From positions 1 to 42,668 of the forward strand of contig JAUCBJ010003364.1 of the NCBI GenBank assembly GCA_032718475.1: a stretch of DNA of 42,668 nt. The letters are read 5' to 3'. The notes under the pieces were generated by a model that made no database searches, was not told where the DNA came from, and worked only from the letters and a program-made list of their open reading frames with translations. This document shows, piece after piece, positions 12,655 through 23,900 of this stretch. This DNA comes from Nemertoderma westbladi. Its lineage: Eukaryota; Animalia; Xenacoelomorpha. A program made the translations under genes and the position numbers. Within the stretch, counting starts at the first letter, position 1. Every line of letters begins with the position of its first letter.

Positions 12655-13605
12655 CCCTTTCGGTACCAAGGCACATACGTCTGTTCCATGAGAGCGCGCG
12701 CCATGACACACACGTCTGTTCCATGACATTTATTCGATTTCTAAGAAAGGGAAATGTTGCTGGACTCTTAAGTACATGCTTCTTTCTATATGTTAGCGTC
12801 GCATTTCAGCTTGTATCTACTGTAATTTAACTACGGTAGGCCTACTCCAGATCTGCTTGCAGACTGCCATACTGCAGCAATAAGGTAAACCCTGAAGTTA
12901 GTTTTCAAATTGGACAGACTGACTGACAGACAGACCGACAGACAGTCTGGATAGGGTCAAAAGTGAAAACTGACTGCGGAAATGAAATCCTTGACCAGGA
13001 AAACCCCCATAGCGAGAATTTTAATTAGCTAATGTGATTCCTTATATTTTTGACGGACAGACAGATGACAGACAGACCGACATACATTCTGGATAGAGTC
13101 AAAAGTTAAAACTGACAGCGGAAATGAAATCCTTCACCAGGAAAACCCCCATAGCGAGAATTTTAATTAGCTAATGTGATTCCTTATATTTTGGCAGACA
13201 GACTGACCGACAGACAGGCCGACAGACAGTCTGGATGGGTGAAAAGTTAAAACTGACAGCGGAAATGAAATCCTTGACCAGGAAAACCCCTATAGCGAGA
13301 ATTTTAATTAGCTAATGTGATTCCTTATATTTTGACAGACAGACTGACCGACCGACAGACCGACAGACAGACCGACAGACAGACCGACAGACAGACCGAC
13401 AGTCTGGATGGTTGAAAAGTGAAAACTGACCTCGGAAATGAAATCCTTGACCAGGAAAACCCTTCACAGTGAGAATGTTAGTCGATTTTATTATTTCTAA
13501 AGTCTTCACAGACAAACTGACAGAAAGACAGACAGACTTCAGAAAGTCATGAATTAGACTTGGGCATTTGGGATTTGAATAATTTCCAGTTAGGTACCGA
13601 AAGGG
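12655..13605. mobile_element. piggyBac-like MITE, 951 bp
   Basis: Perfect 13-bp TIRs CCCTTTCGGTACC / GGTACCGAAAGGG with TTAA on both sides (12651-12654, 13606-13609). Confidence 0.9.
12913..13480. repeat. ~142-bp tandem repeat (4 units) with GACA/GACC microsatellite linkers
   Basis: CTGGAT...AAAAGT(G/T)AAAACTGAC..CGGAAATGAAATCCTT.ACCAGGAAAACCC recurs at ~12947, 13089, 13231 and 13404. Confidence 0.85.
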
Positions 13606-14901
13606 TTAAGTTGTCTGTTTTACTATTTGTCTGCCTATTGGTCTGTTTTTCTGTTCGTCAACAAGTTATGGATATAAAATTGTACACCACCTAACTAAAA
13701 TTATTGCTACATGGGTTTTCGTGGTCGCGGATTTCATTTCCGGGGTCAGTTTTGAAATTTGACGTAATTTAGTTTGTCTGTCTGTTTGTCCGTCTGTCGG
13801 TCTGTCTGTCAAAAACATAACGAAACCCACTACGTAACTAAAATATTCAATGTGGGGGTTTTTAAGGTCGGTGATTTCATTTCTGGTGTTATCCTTCCTG
13901 TTTGGAGGAGTCTATTATGCCTGTATATTTGTCTGTCAGTCGATCTATCTATCAAGAAAGACAAACAGACGGACTTAAACAGACAGTCTATTATTAAAAA
14001 TGAAATGGGAAAAGAAATCAGCGACTAGGAAAACCCCCATATCTGAAATTTTGTTCAGGTGATATGCCTCGTTATATTTTGACTGACAGACAGACAGACA
14101 TAAAAACAGACAAATAGACATTCTAGGTTCAGTCAAATATTAAACTTGACATCGGAAATGGAATCAGCACCTAGGGAATCCCCCATATCATCAATTATAG
14201 TAAAGTGGTGTGCTTACTTACTTATTGTCTGTGAGATTGACAGTTAGACAGACAGACAGACATAATGACAGACAAACAGACAGTCCAGATGTCATCAAAC
14301 ATTGAAACAGATATCAGAAATGAACTCAGGGACTACAAAAACCCCTATTTGCATAAAATTAGCGGGAAGGTTTGAAAACCTTAAATGCGTTTTTCTTAGC
14401 ATTTTCTTTTTCGTGAAATTTAGAGATAAATGTACCTTTTTCTCGAGAACGGCTTGATGGAATGGGCTGAAATTTTCGCAGCAGGTTTGTTGTTCTGAGA
14501 CACAATTGTGGAACCTCTAAAAACATAGGCCTATGTTTAAAACAATTATCAAATGTATTTCTAATATAAACTTCGAAAACGTGTCATTTTTTGGTTTTTG
14601 ACCCTCAAATATAGACACAAAAACAATTTTCAATTTTTTTTAGGTTCCAGGTGTGTCTCGATAGTTACTCCGCCCTTCTGCAAATTTTCATGAAATTCCT
14701 TCTTGTACTGTAGAACCAGCGTAATGGGTACATACTGTATGTGTTAATAATAGTAAAATGTATGGGGATAGCCTGGGGTACCATCCCCCCTTTTAAGATT
14801 TGTAGAACAATTTGGGGGCGGGGTTGTTGGGGGTGTCTTTATCACCACGAATAATTATTCATCATAAAAAATACTGCAATATACTGATATCGGTCAGGCC
14901 T

Positions 14902-14930
14902 TGCGTCATCTACTGATCTGTGATTGGCTG
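14902..14930. promoter_or_regulatory. Possible promoter motifs upstream of KARS1 (TGCGTCA CRE-like site and inverted CCAAT box)
   Basis: TGCGTCA at 14902 and TGATTGGCTG at 14921; motif match only. Confidence 0.25.
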
Positions 14931-15356
14931 AAACCTGCGTTGATTTTATAAACTGTATGAATGAAAAGCTCGTGGGAGGAGGTATGTAATAGGCCTATTC
15001 CAATAGTCAGCTAATACCGGCAACGGTAACGTGTTTGTAGTCGACATACTGACATCGGCTGTAGGCTGATAGGTCTGTTCTGTAAGTAGACGTAGGGGGT
15101 AGCGGCGTACAGGCGTAGGAGGCCTGTACGAGGATTTTTACCTGGTTCCCGGTCAGCCGGTAGGCCTACTTAAATTAATGTCAATAATGTGCTGTATCTG
15201 TATATGACTAGTATAATGAATTATCTGTTTAGTTATTTATTGTGCATGTGCAGTCTGGCAGTTGTCATGTCAGTTGTGTGTGTCTAGAGCTAGAGTCCTA
15301 GAGTAGTAGAGTAGGCCTAGGCCTATATTCACAGTTCAACTTTTGTTGTAGGCCCT

Positions 15357-15824
15357 CATTCTAGAACAACGGGTTCGCGCCAAGAAGGTCCATTATAGCG
15401 CGGTGTGCGAGGACAGGAGGATCTCCTTCACCCCCCTAGTAGGTACCACCGACGGGGTGTGGTGCAAGGAGGCAGAGATCCTGATCCGCCACCTCGCTGA
15501 GACCCTCGTTGCCCGGCGGCAGGGGATGCGGGAACGTGGCCTTGCTTGCGTTCTTGGGGGAGTTCGGAGGCGGCTTCAGTTCGCGCTCCTCCGCTCCAAC
15601 TCCCTGTGTTTGCGTGGGGGTCGGCGGTCCTGGAGGTGTCTCGGGTTCGGGGACGGAGCTGGTCTGCGTGGGTCTGACTTACCAGACAATTATTGATTTG
15701 GTGGTGGCATTCTTGCTATTCCTTGGTGGTGCGATTTTTAATTGCTTTTAATTGTTTGTTCGTTACTTTTATATTGTGTTATCCTGTATAATTATAACGT
15801 TTGAGTTGAATTTAGAAAGTAATA
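15357..15824 (+). mobile_element. 5'-truncated non-LTR retrotransposon, restriction-like endonuclease C-terminus (CRE-like clade) plus 3' UTR
   Basis: GC-rich ORF KKVHYSAVCEDRRISFTPLVGTTDGVWCKEA...VRRRLQFALLRSNSLCLRG resembles the C-terminus of RLE-bearing non-LTR ORFs; flanked by the 14-bp direct repeat TTGTTGTAGGCCCT (15343-15356, 15825-15838). Confidence 0.75.
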
Positions 15825-16208
15825 TTGTTGTAGGCCCTAGCCTACAATGCTGCAATGTTTCCAGTAGGCAGGCAGGCAGGTAGGCGCTACGCTAGTACTG
15901 AGTACTGTAGTATAATAAATAAAATAGTAGGGCATAGCATCATACTGGCATAGGCTGATAGGTGCTGAGGTGACTGGTTGATATCAGATATAGGGCATAA
16001 ATTAATAATCGGTCAGTAGATAGGTACAGGTGCGGTACTTCCTTCTTTAGCCTATCTGATCTGTCTATTAGGATAGGATACTACATTGCTAGGCTAGATA
16101 GCATAACCACGGATACCTGACGCAGACAGGACAAAGCAATTATCAACCTTCAGGTTTCAGCTCGGATACTCTGATACTATTCTAACAAACTTTGAATAAC
16201 AGATAACA

Positions 16209-16237
16209 ATGGACACAGAAGAGAAGATGAGTAAAAA
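16209..16237 (+). CDS. KARS1: Lysyl-tRNA synthetase, cytosolic-isoform first coding exon
   Basis: ACAATGG start context; MDTEEKMSK(N) then phase-2 donor AA|GTACGT; joined to 16924 it gives SKNEMKRRLKAE, matching the conserved eukaryotic LysRS SKNELKRRLKAE helix. Confidence 0.85.
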
Positions 16238-16384
16238 GTACGTGTAACAACTGAACAAACAACCCATATTTATTGAATTTAATGTATGGGTCTTAATTGT
16301 CCTATCCTACTCAGCTACTCCTGTACTCACCAACATTTATTTAGGCTTGAAAGGCCTATGTCAGTATGTTGAGGGTTTAATCTA

Positions 16385-16479
16385 ATGTTTCGTTTAGCCA
16401 TTAAACCTCCTAATTTATTATCCAATGTTTATTCATTTCCGTCGATTTCAACAACGTATAATGGCAACTTTTTGCGAAG
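16385..16479 (+). CDS. KARS1: Lysyl-tRNA synthetase, alternative exon encoding a putative mitochondrial presequence
   Basis: MFRLAIKPPNLLSNVYSFPSISTTYNGNFLR: no acidic residues, S/T/R/L-rich; phase-2 donor AG|GTCAGT joins in frame to 16924 (FLRSEMKRRLK); possible upstream acceptor TTTAG ending 16344. Confidence 0.7.
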
Positions 16480-16923
16480 GTCAGTCACTGTCTTTCTTTC
16501 CAACATTAGGCCTGCACTAGGCCCTATAGTATTTGGTGTATAAATATTTTCACAGTTGAAAGATCCCAGAACTGCTGAACTGTAATTTGTTAAACATGTC
16601 GTATGATTTTTGCTAACGTTTTACCTGTCGCAGTTCTAAAACGTAACCGGACTGCCGGACACCGGAAGCGCTAATTCCCACATACCTTATCGTGCTGAAG
16701 CCTCACTGTACCGTACTGTACATTGCATACGTCTCACAACCAAAAACGTACGACTGCTAGACTAATTCTACTCCTAGTCCTTTCTACGTTGTTCTATTAC
16801 CGTAACTGAACGGATTATAGTCATCAGCAGGGCTCAGGGGCTAGACCCTACTTCCAACTAGTGGAGTAAATTGCCAGTCCTAAGTAAATAAGTACATTTA
16901 TTCGGGTATTTCTGTGTCTCTAG

Positions 16924-17086
16924 TGAGATGAAGCGACGTTTAAAGGCCGAGCGCAAGCAGAAGGAGAAGGAAGATAAACAGGTTGCTGACGCCGCTTCGT
17001 CTAAAAATCAACTGGAGACAAATAATGTTGCCGCGGAAACCATTAATGTTTCTAAACTTGTCGACGAGGATCAACTGGATGCCAAT
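16924..17086 (+). CDS. KARS1: Lysyl-tRNA synthetase, first shared exon (N-terminal extension)
   Basis: TAG acceptor ending 16923; EMKRRLKAERKQKEKEDKQ...DEDQLDAN; phase-0 donor AAT|GTAAGA. Confidence 0.92.
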
Positions 17087-17442
17087 GTAAGATGATTATG
17101 AATTTAATTCAATAATAATAACTCCCTCTACCATCTACGTGTTTTCCATTGCACTCACTGTTTAATCAGTCGTATTGATAACAATACTGCGCTACTGACT
17201 GGAAGTATATTGTTTAGTAATTAAATGTCACTGTAACCTGTTCTTTTCCCTTAATTGATAATTAACCTTATAAATTCTCCCAGACGAGACATTACTTCAG
17301 ATATTTCGCGGATATGTGGTTTGTATGGTTTGAAGTCCCCCCCCCCCCCCCCCCCCACTCCCCATCTCACTAATATCAATTTGTATTATATTATTAATTT
17401 ATATTTAATATTAATTTGTTTTTATTTTATTTACCCACTTAG

Positions 17443-17582
17443 CAATACCATAAGATCCGCAGCCGGACAATAGCCGCACTAAAACAAACCCCTGAACATC
17501 CATATCCTCACAAGTTCGACGTGTCTGTCAGTCTCAGTGAGTTTATTGAGTTGTACAACGAGACGCCGACGGGAACAATAAA
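17443..17582 (+). CDS. KARS1: Lysyl-tRNA synthetase exon
   Basis: QYHKIRSRTIAALKQTPEHPYPHKFDVSVSLSEFIELY (QYxKIRS...PYPHKF LysRS signature); phase-2 donor AA|GTAAGT. Confidence 0.95.
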
Positions 17583-17793
17583 GTAAGTTGGCTTCATTTA
17601 TAACTTTATTTCACCCCACCCCCTTGCCGATTTAATATAGTTGGTATATGAATATTAATCTGTTATTTTACAAGATTTTGAGGACATTTTTATAGGAAAT
17701 TTAAATTATTTTAATGGTAATTTTGAGAGGATAAATAAAGTTAAATTAATAAAATAATATTACCCCTCCCCGTTGTATGTCTGTTTGTTTCAG

Positions 17794-17913
17794 AGAGGAC
17801 ATTACTGTCAGCGTAGCTGGGCGAGTTCACGCTATGCGGGAATCCGGAAGCAAATTAGTGTTTTACGATCTTAGAGGGGAAGGAGTGAAAATACAGATAA
17901 TGGCCAACGCTAG
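17794..17913 (+). CDS. KARS1: Lysyl-tRNA synthetase exon (OB-fold anticodon-binding domain); gene continues beyond the window or is truncated
   Basis: TTTCAG acceptor ending 17793; [39 protein letters not shown](R); phase-2 donor AG|GTGAGT at 17913/17914. Confidence 0.96.
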
Positions 17914-20900
17914 GTGAGTAAATAAACAGATAATGGCAACCAACGTTAGGTGAGTAAATAAACAGATAATGGCCACCAACGTTAGGTGAGTAAATAAACA
18001 GATAATGGCCAACGCTAGGTGAGTAAATAAACAGATAATGGCCACCAACGTTAGGTGAGTAAATAAACAGATAATGGCCACCAACGTTAGGTGAGTAAAT
18101 AAACAGATAATGGCAACCAACGTTAGGTGAGTAAATAAACAGATAATGTAAACCAACGTTAGGTGAGTAAATAAACAGATAATGGCAACCAACGTTAGGT
18201 GAGTAAATAAACAGATAATGGCAACCAACGTTAGGTGAGTAAATAAACAGATAATGGCAACCAACGTTAGGTGAGTAAATAAACAGATAATGGCAACCAA
18301 CGTTAGGTGAGTAAATAAACAGATAATGGCAACCAACGTTAGGTGAGTAAATAAACAGATAATGGCAACCAACGTTAGGTGAGTAAATAAACAGATAATG
18401 GCAACCAACGTTAGGTGAGTAAATAAACAGATAATGGCAACCAACGTTAGGTGAGTAAATAAACAGATAATGGCAACCAACGTTAGGTGAGTAAATAAAC
18501 AGATAATGGCAACCAACGTTAGGTGAGTAAATAAACAGATAATGGCAACCAACGTTAGGTGAGTAAATAAACAGATAATGGCAACCAACGTTAGGTGAGT
18601 AAATAAACAGATAATGGCCACCAACGTTAGGTGAGTAAATAAACAGATAATGGCAACCAACGTTAGGTGAGTAAATAAACAGATAATGGCAACCAACGTT
18701 AGGTGAGTAAATAAACAGATAATGGCAACCAACGTTAGGTGAGTAAATAAACAGATAATGGCAACCAACGTTAGGTGAGTAAATAAACAGATAATGGCAA
18801 CCAACGTTAGGTGAGTAAATAAACAGATAATGGCAACCAACGTTAGGTGAGTAAATAAACAGATAATGGCAACCAACGTTAGGTGAGTAAATAAACAGAT
18901 AATGGCAACCAACGTTAGGTGAGTAAATAAACAGATAATGGCCACCAACGTTAGGTGAGTAAATAAACAGATAATGGCAACCAACGTTAGGTGAGTAAAT
19001 AAACAGATAATGGCAACCAACGTTAGGTGAGTAAATAAACAGATAATGGCAACCAACGTTAGGTGAGTAAATAAACAGATAATGGCAACCAACGTTAGGT
19101 GAGTAAATAAACAGATAATGGCAACCAACGTTAGGTGAGTAAATAAACAGATAATGGCAACCAACGTTAGGTGAGTAAATAAACAGATAATGGCAACCAA
19201 CGTTAGGTGAGTAAATAAACAGATAATGGCAACCAACGTTAGGTGAGTAAATAAACAGATAATGGCAACCAACGTTAGGTGAGTAAATAAACAGATAATG
19301 GCAACCAACGTTAGGTGAGTAAATAAACAGATAATGGCAACCAACGTTAGGTGAGTAAATAAACAGATAATGGCAACCAACGTTAGGTGAGTAAATAAAC
19401 AGATAATGGCAACCAACGTTAGGTGAGTAAATAAACAGATAATGGCAACCAACGTTAGGTGAGTAAATAAACAGATAATGGCAACCAACGTTAGGTGAGT
19501 AAATAAACAGATAATGGCAACCAACGTTAGGTGAGTAAATAAACAGATAATGGCAACCAACGTTAGGTGAGTAAATAAACAGATAATGGCAACCAACGTT
19601 AGGTGAGTAAATAAACAGATAATGGCAACCAACGTTAGGTGAGTAAATAAACAGATAATGGCAACCAACGTTAGGTGAGTAAATAAACAGATAATGGCAA
19701 CCAACGTTAGGTGAGTAAATAAACAGATAATGGCAACCAACGTTAGGTGAGTAAATAAACAGATAATGGCAACCAACGTTAGGTGAGTAAATAAACAGAT
19801 AATGGCCACCAACGTTAGGTGAGTAAATAAACAGATAATGGCAACCAACGTTAGGTGAGTAAATAAACAGATAATGGCCACCAACGTTAGGTGAGTAAAT
19901 AAACAGATAATGGCAACCAACGTTAGGTGAGTAAATAAACAGATAATGGCAACCAACGTTAGGTGAGTAAATAAACAGATAATGGCCACCAACGTTAGGT
20001 GAGTAAATAAACAGATAATGGCAACCAACGTTAGGTGAGTAAATAAACAGATAATGGCAACCAACGTTAGGTGAGTAAATAAACAGATAATGGCCACCAA
20101 CGTTAGGTGAGTAAATAAACAGATAATGGCAACCAACGTTAGGTGAGTAAATAAACAGATAATGGCAACCAACGTTAGGTGAGTAAATAAACAGATAATG
20201 GCCACCAACGTTAGGTGAGTAAATAAACAGATAATGGCAACCAACGTTAGGTGAGTAAATAAACAGATAATGGCAACCAACGTTAGGTGAGTAAATAAAC
20301 AGATAATGGCCACCAACGTTAGGTGAGTAAATAAACAGATAATGGCCACCAACGTTAGGTGAGTAAATAAACAGATAATGGCAACCAACGTTAGGTGAGT
20401 AAATAAACAGATAATGGCAACCAACGTTAGGTGAGTAAATAAACAGATAATGGCAACCAACGTTAGGTGAGTAAATAAACAGATAATGGCAACCAACGTT
20501 AGGTGAGTAAATAAACAGATAATGGCAACCAACGTTAGGTGAGTAAATAAACAGATAATGGCAACCAACGTTAGGTGAGTAAATAAACAGATAATGGCAA
20601 CCAACGTTAGGTGAGTAAATAAACAGATAATGGCAACCAACGTTAGGTGAGTAAATAAACAGATAATGGCAACCAACGTTAGGTGAGTAAATAAACAGAT
20701 AATGGCAACCAACGTTAGGTGAGTAAATAAACAGATAATGGCAACCAACGTTAGGTGAGTAAATAAACAGATAATGGCAACCAACGTTAGGTGAGTAAAT
20801 AAACAGATAATGGCAACCAACGTTAGGTGAGTAAATAAACAGATAATGGCAACCAACGTTAGGTGAGTAAATAAACAGATAATGGCCACCAACGTTAGGT

Positions 20901-23900
20901 GAGTAAATAAACAGATAATGGCAACCAACGTTAGGTGAGTAAATAAACAGATAATGGCAACCAACGTTAGGTGAGTAAATAAACAGATAATGGCAACCAA
21001 CGTTAGGTGAGTAAATAAACAGATAATGGCAACCAACGTTAGGTGAGTAAATAAACAGATAATGGCCACCAACGTTAGGTGAGTAAATAAACAGATAATG
21101 GCAACCAACGTTAGGTGAGTAAATAAACAGATAATGGCAACCAACGTTAGGTGAGTAAATAAACAGATAATGGCCACCAACGTTAGGTGAGTAAATAAAC
21201 AGATAATGGCAACCAACGTTAGGTGAGTAAATAAACAGATAATGGCAACCAACGTTAGGTGAGTAAATAAACAGATAATGGCCACCAACGTTAGGTGAGT
21301 AAATAAACAGATAATGGCAACCAACGTTAGGTGAGTAAATAAACAGATAATGGCAACCAACGTTAGGTGAGTAAATAAACAGATAATGGCCACCAACGTT
21401 AGGTGAGTAAATAAACAGATAATGGCAACCAACGTTAGGTGAGTAAATAAACAGATAATGGCAACCAACGTTAGGTGAGTAAATAAACAGATAATGGCAA
21501 CCAACGTTAGGTGAGTAAATAAACAGATAATGGCAACCAACGTTAGGTGAGTAAATAAACAGATAATGGCAACCAACGTTAGGTGAGTAAATAAACAGAT
21601 AATGGCAACCAACGTTAGGTGAGTAAATAAACAGATAATGGCAACCAACGTTAGGTGAGTAAATAAACAGATAATGGCCACCAACGTTAGGTTAGTAAAT
21701 AAACAGATAATGGCCACCAACGTTAGGTGAGTAAATAAACAGATAATGGCCACCAACGTTAGGTGAGTAAATAAACAGATAATGGCCACCAACGTTAGGT
21801 GAGTAAATAAACAGATAATGGCCACCAACGTTAGGTGAGTAAATAAACAGATAATGGCAACCAACGTTAGGTGAGTAAATAAACAGATAATGGCCACCAA
21901 CGTTAGGTGAGTAAATAAACAGATAATGGCCACCAACGTTAGGTGAGTAAATAAACAGATAATGGCAACCAACGTTAGGTGAGTAAATAAACAGATAATG
22001 GAAACCAACGTTAGCTGAGTAAATAAACAGATAATGGCAACCAACGTTAGGTGAGTAAATAAACAGATAATGGCAACCAACGTTAGGTGAGTAAATAAAC
22101 AGATAATGGCCACCAACGTTAGGTGAGTAAATAAACAGATAATGGCAACCAACGTTAGGTGAGTAAATAAACAGATAATGGCCACCAACGTTAGGTGAGT
22201 AAATAAACAGATAATGGCCACCAACGTTAGGTGAGTAAATAAACAGATAATGGCAACCAACGTTAGGTGAGTAAATAAACAGATAATGGCCACCAACGTT
22301 AGGTGAGTAAATAAACAGATAATGGCCACCAACGTTAGGTGAGTAAATAAACAGATAATGGCAACCAACGTTAGGTGAGTAAATAAACAGATAATGGAAA
22401 CCAACGTTAGCTGAGTAAATAAACAGATAATGGCAACCAACGTTAGGTGAGTAAATAAACAGATAATGGCAACCAACGTTAGGTGAGTAAATAAACAGAT
22501 AATGGCCACCAACGTTAGGTTAGTAAATAAACAGATAATGGCAACCAACGTTAGGTGAGTAAATAAACAGATAATGGCCACCAACGTTAGGTGAGTAAAT
22601 AAACAGATAATGGCCACCAACGTTAGGTGAGTAAATAAACAGATAATGGCCACCAACGTTAGGTGAGTAAATAAACAGATAATGGCCACCAACGTTAGGT
22701 GAGTAAATAAACAGATAATGGCCACCAACGTTAGGTGAGTAAATAAACAGATAATGGCAACCAACGTTAGGTGAGTAAATAAACAGATAATGGCCACCAA
22801 CGTTAGGTGAGTAAATAAACAGATAATGGCCACCAACGTTAGGTGAGTAAATAAACAGATAATGGCAACCAACGTTAGGTGAGTAAATAAACAGATAATG
22901 GCCACCAACGTTAGGTGAGTAAATAAACAGATAATGGCAACCAACGTTAGGAGAGTAAATAAACAGATAATGGCAACCAACGTTAGGTGAGTAAATAAAC
23001 AGATAATGGCAACCAACGTTAGGTGAGTAAATAAACAGATAATGGCAACCAAAGCTCGGTGAGTAAATAAACAGATAATGGCAACCAACGTTAGGTGAGT
23101 AAATAAACAGATAATGGCCACCAACGTTAGGTGAGTAAATAAACAGATAATGGCCTCCAACGTTAGGTGAGTAAATAAACAGATAATGGCAACCAACGTT
23201 AGGTGAGTAAATAAACAGATAATGGCAACCAACGTTAGGAGAGTAAATAAACTGATAATGGCAACCAACGTTAGGTGAGTAAATAAACAGATAATGGCAA
23301 CCAACGTTAGGTGAGTAAATAAACAGATAATGGCAACCAAAGCTCGGTGAGTAAATAAACAGATAATGGCAACCAACGTTAGGTGAGTAAATAAACAGAT
23401 AATGGGAACCAACGTTAGGTGAGTAAATAAACATATAATGGAAACCAACGTTAGGAGAGTAAATAAACAGATAATGGCCACCAACGTTAGATGAGTAAAT
23501 AAACAGATAATGGCCACCAACGTTAGGAGAGTAAATAAACAGATAATGGCAACCAACGTTAGGTGAGTAAATAAACAGATAATGGCCAACGTTAGGTGAG
23601 TAAATAAACAGATAATGGCAACCAACGTTAGGTGAGTAAATAAACAGATAATGGCAACCAACGTTAGGTGAGTAAATAAACAGATAATGGGAACCAACGT
23701 TAGGTGAGTAAATAAACAGATAATGGCCACCAACGTTAGGTGAGTAAATAAACAGATAATGGCCACCAACGTTAGATGAGTAAATAAACAGATAATGGCA
23801 ACCAACGTTAGGTGAGTAAATAAACAGATAATGGCAACCAACGTTAGGTGAGTAAATAAACAGATAATGGCAACCAACGTTAGGTGAGTAAATAAACAGA

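Larger units (their letters stand above)
12526..14792. mobile_element. Non-autonomous DNA transposon (Kolobok-like ends) hosting a nested MITE
   Basis: 20-bp inverted ends AAGGGGAGATGGTACCCCAG (12526-12545) / CTGGGGTACCATCCCCCCTT (14773-14792), TTAA on the right flank only; internal GACA/TGTC microsatellite-containing modules in both orientations. Superfamily call is tentative. Confidence 0.6.

Noticed and set aside
6981-14028. Short ORFs in the intergenic region (poly-Pro/Gly, ADQQ and VCRS repeats)
   Set aside because: They are translations of homopolymers, minisatellites and GACA microsatellites, with no coherent exon structure.
17914-17949. Alternating 16-nt GT-AG micro-introns and 20-nt coding micro-exons
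   Set aside because: Other introns here are over 100 nt, and splicing to the CAG gives AGA TAA, an immediate stop, so no repetitive protein results.
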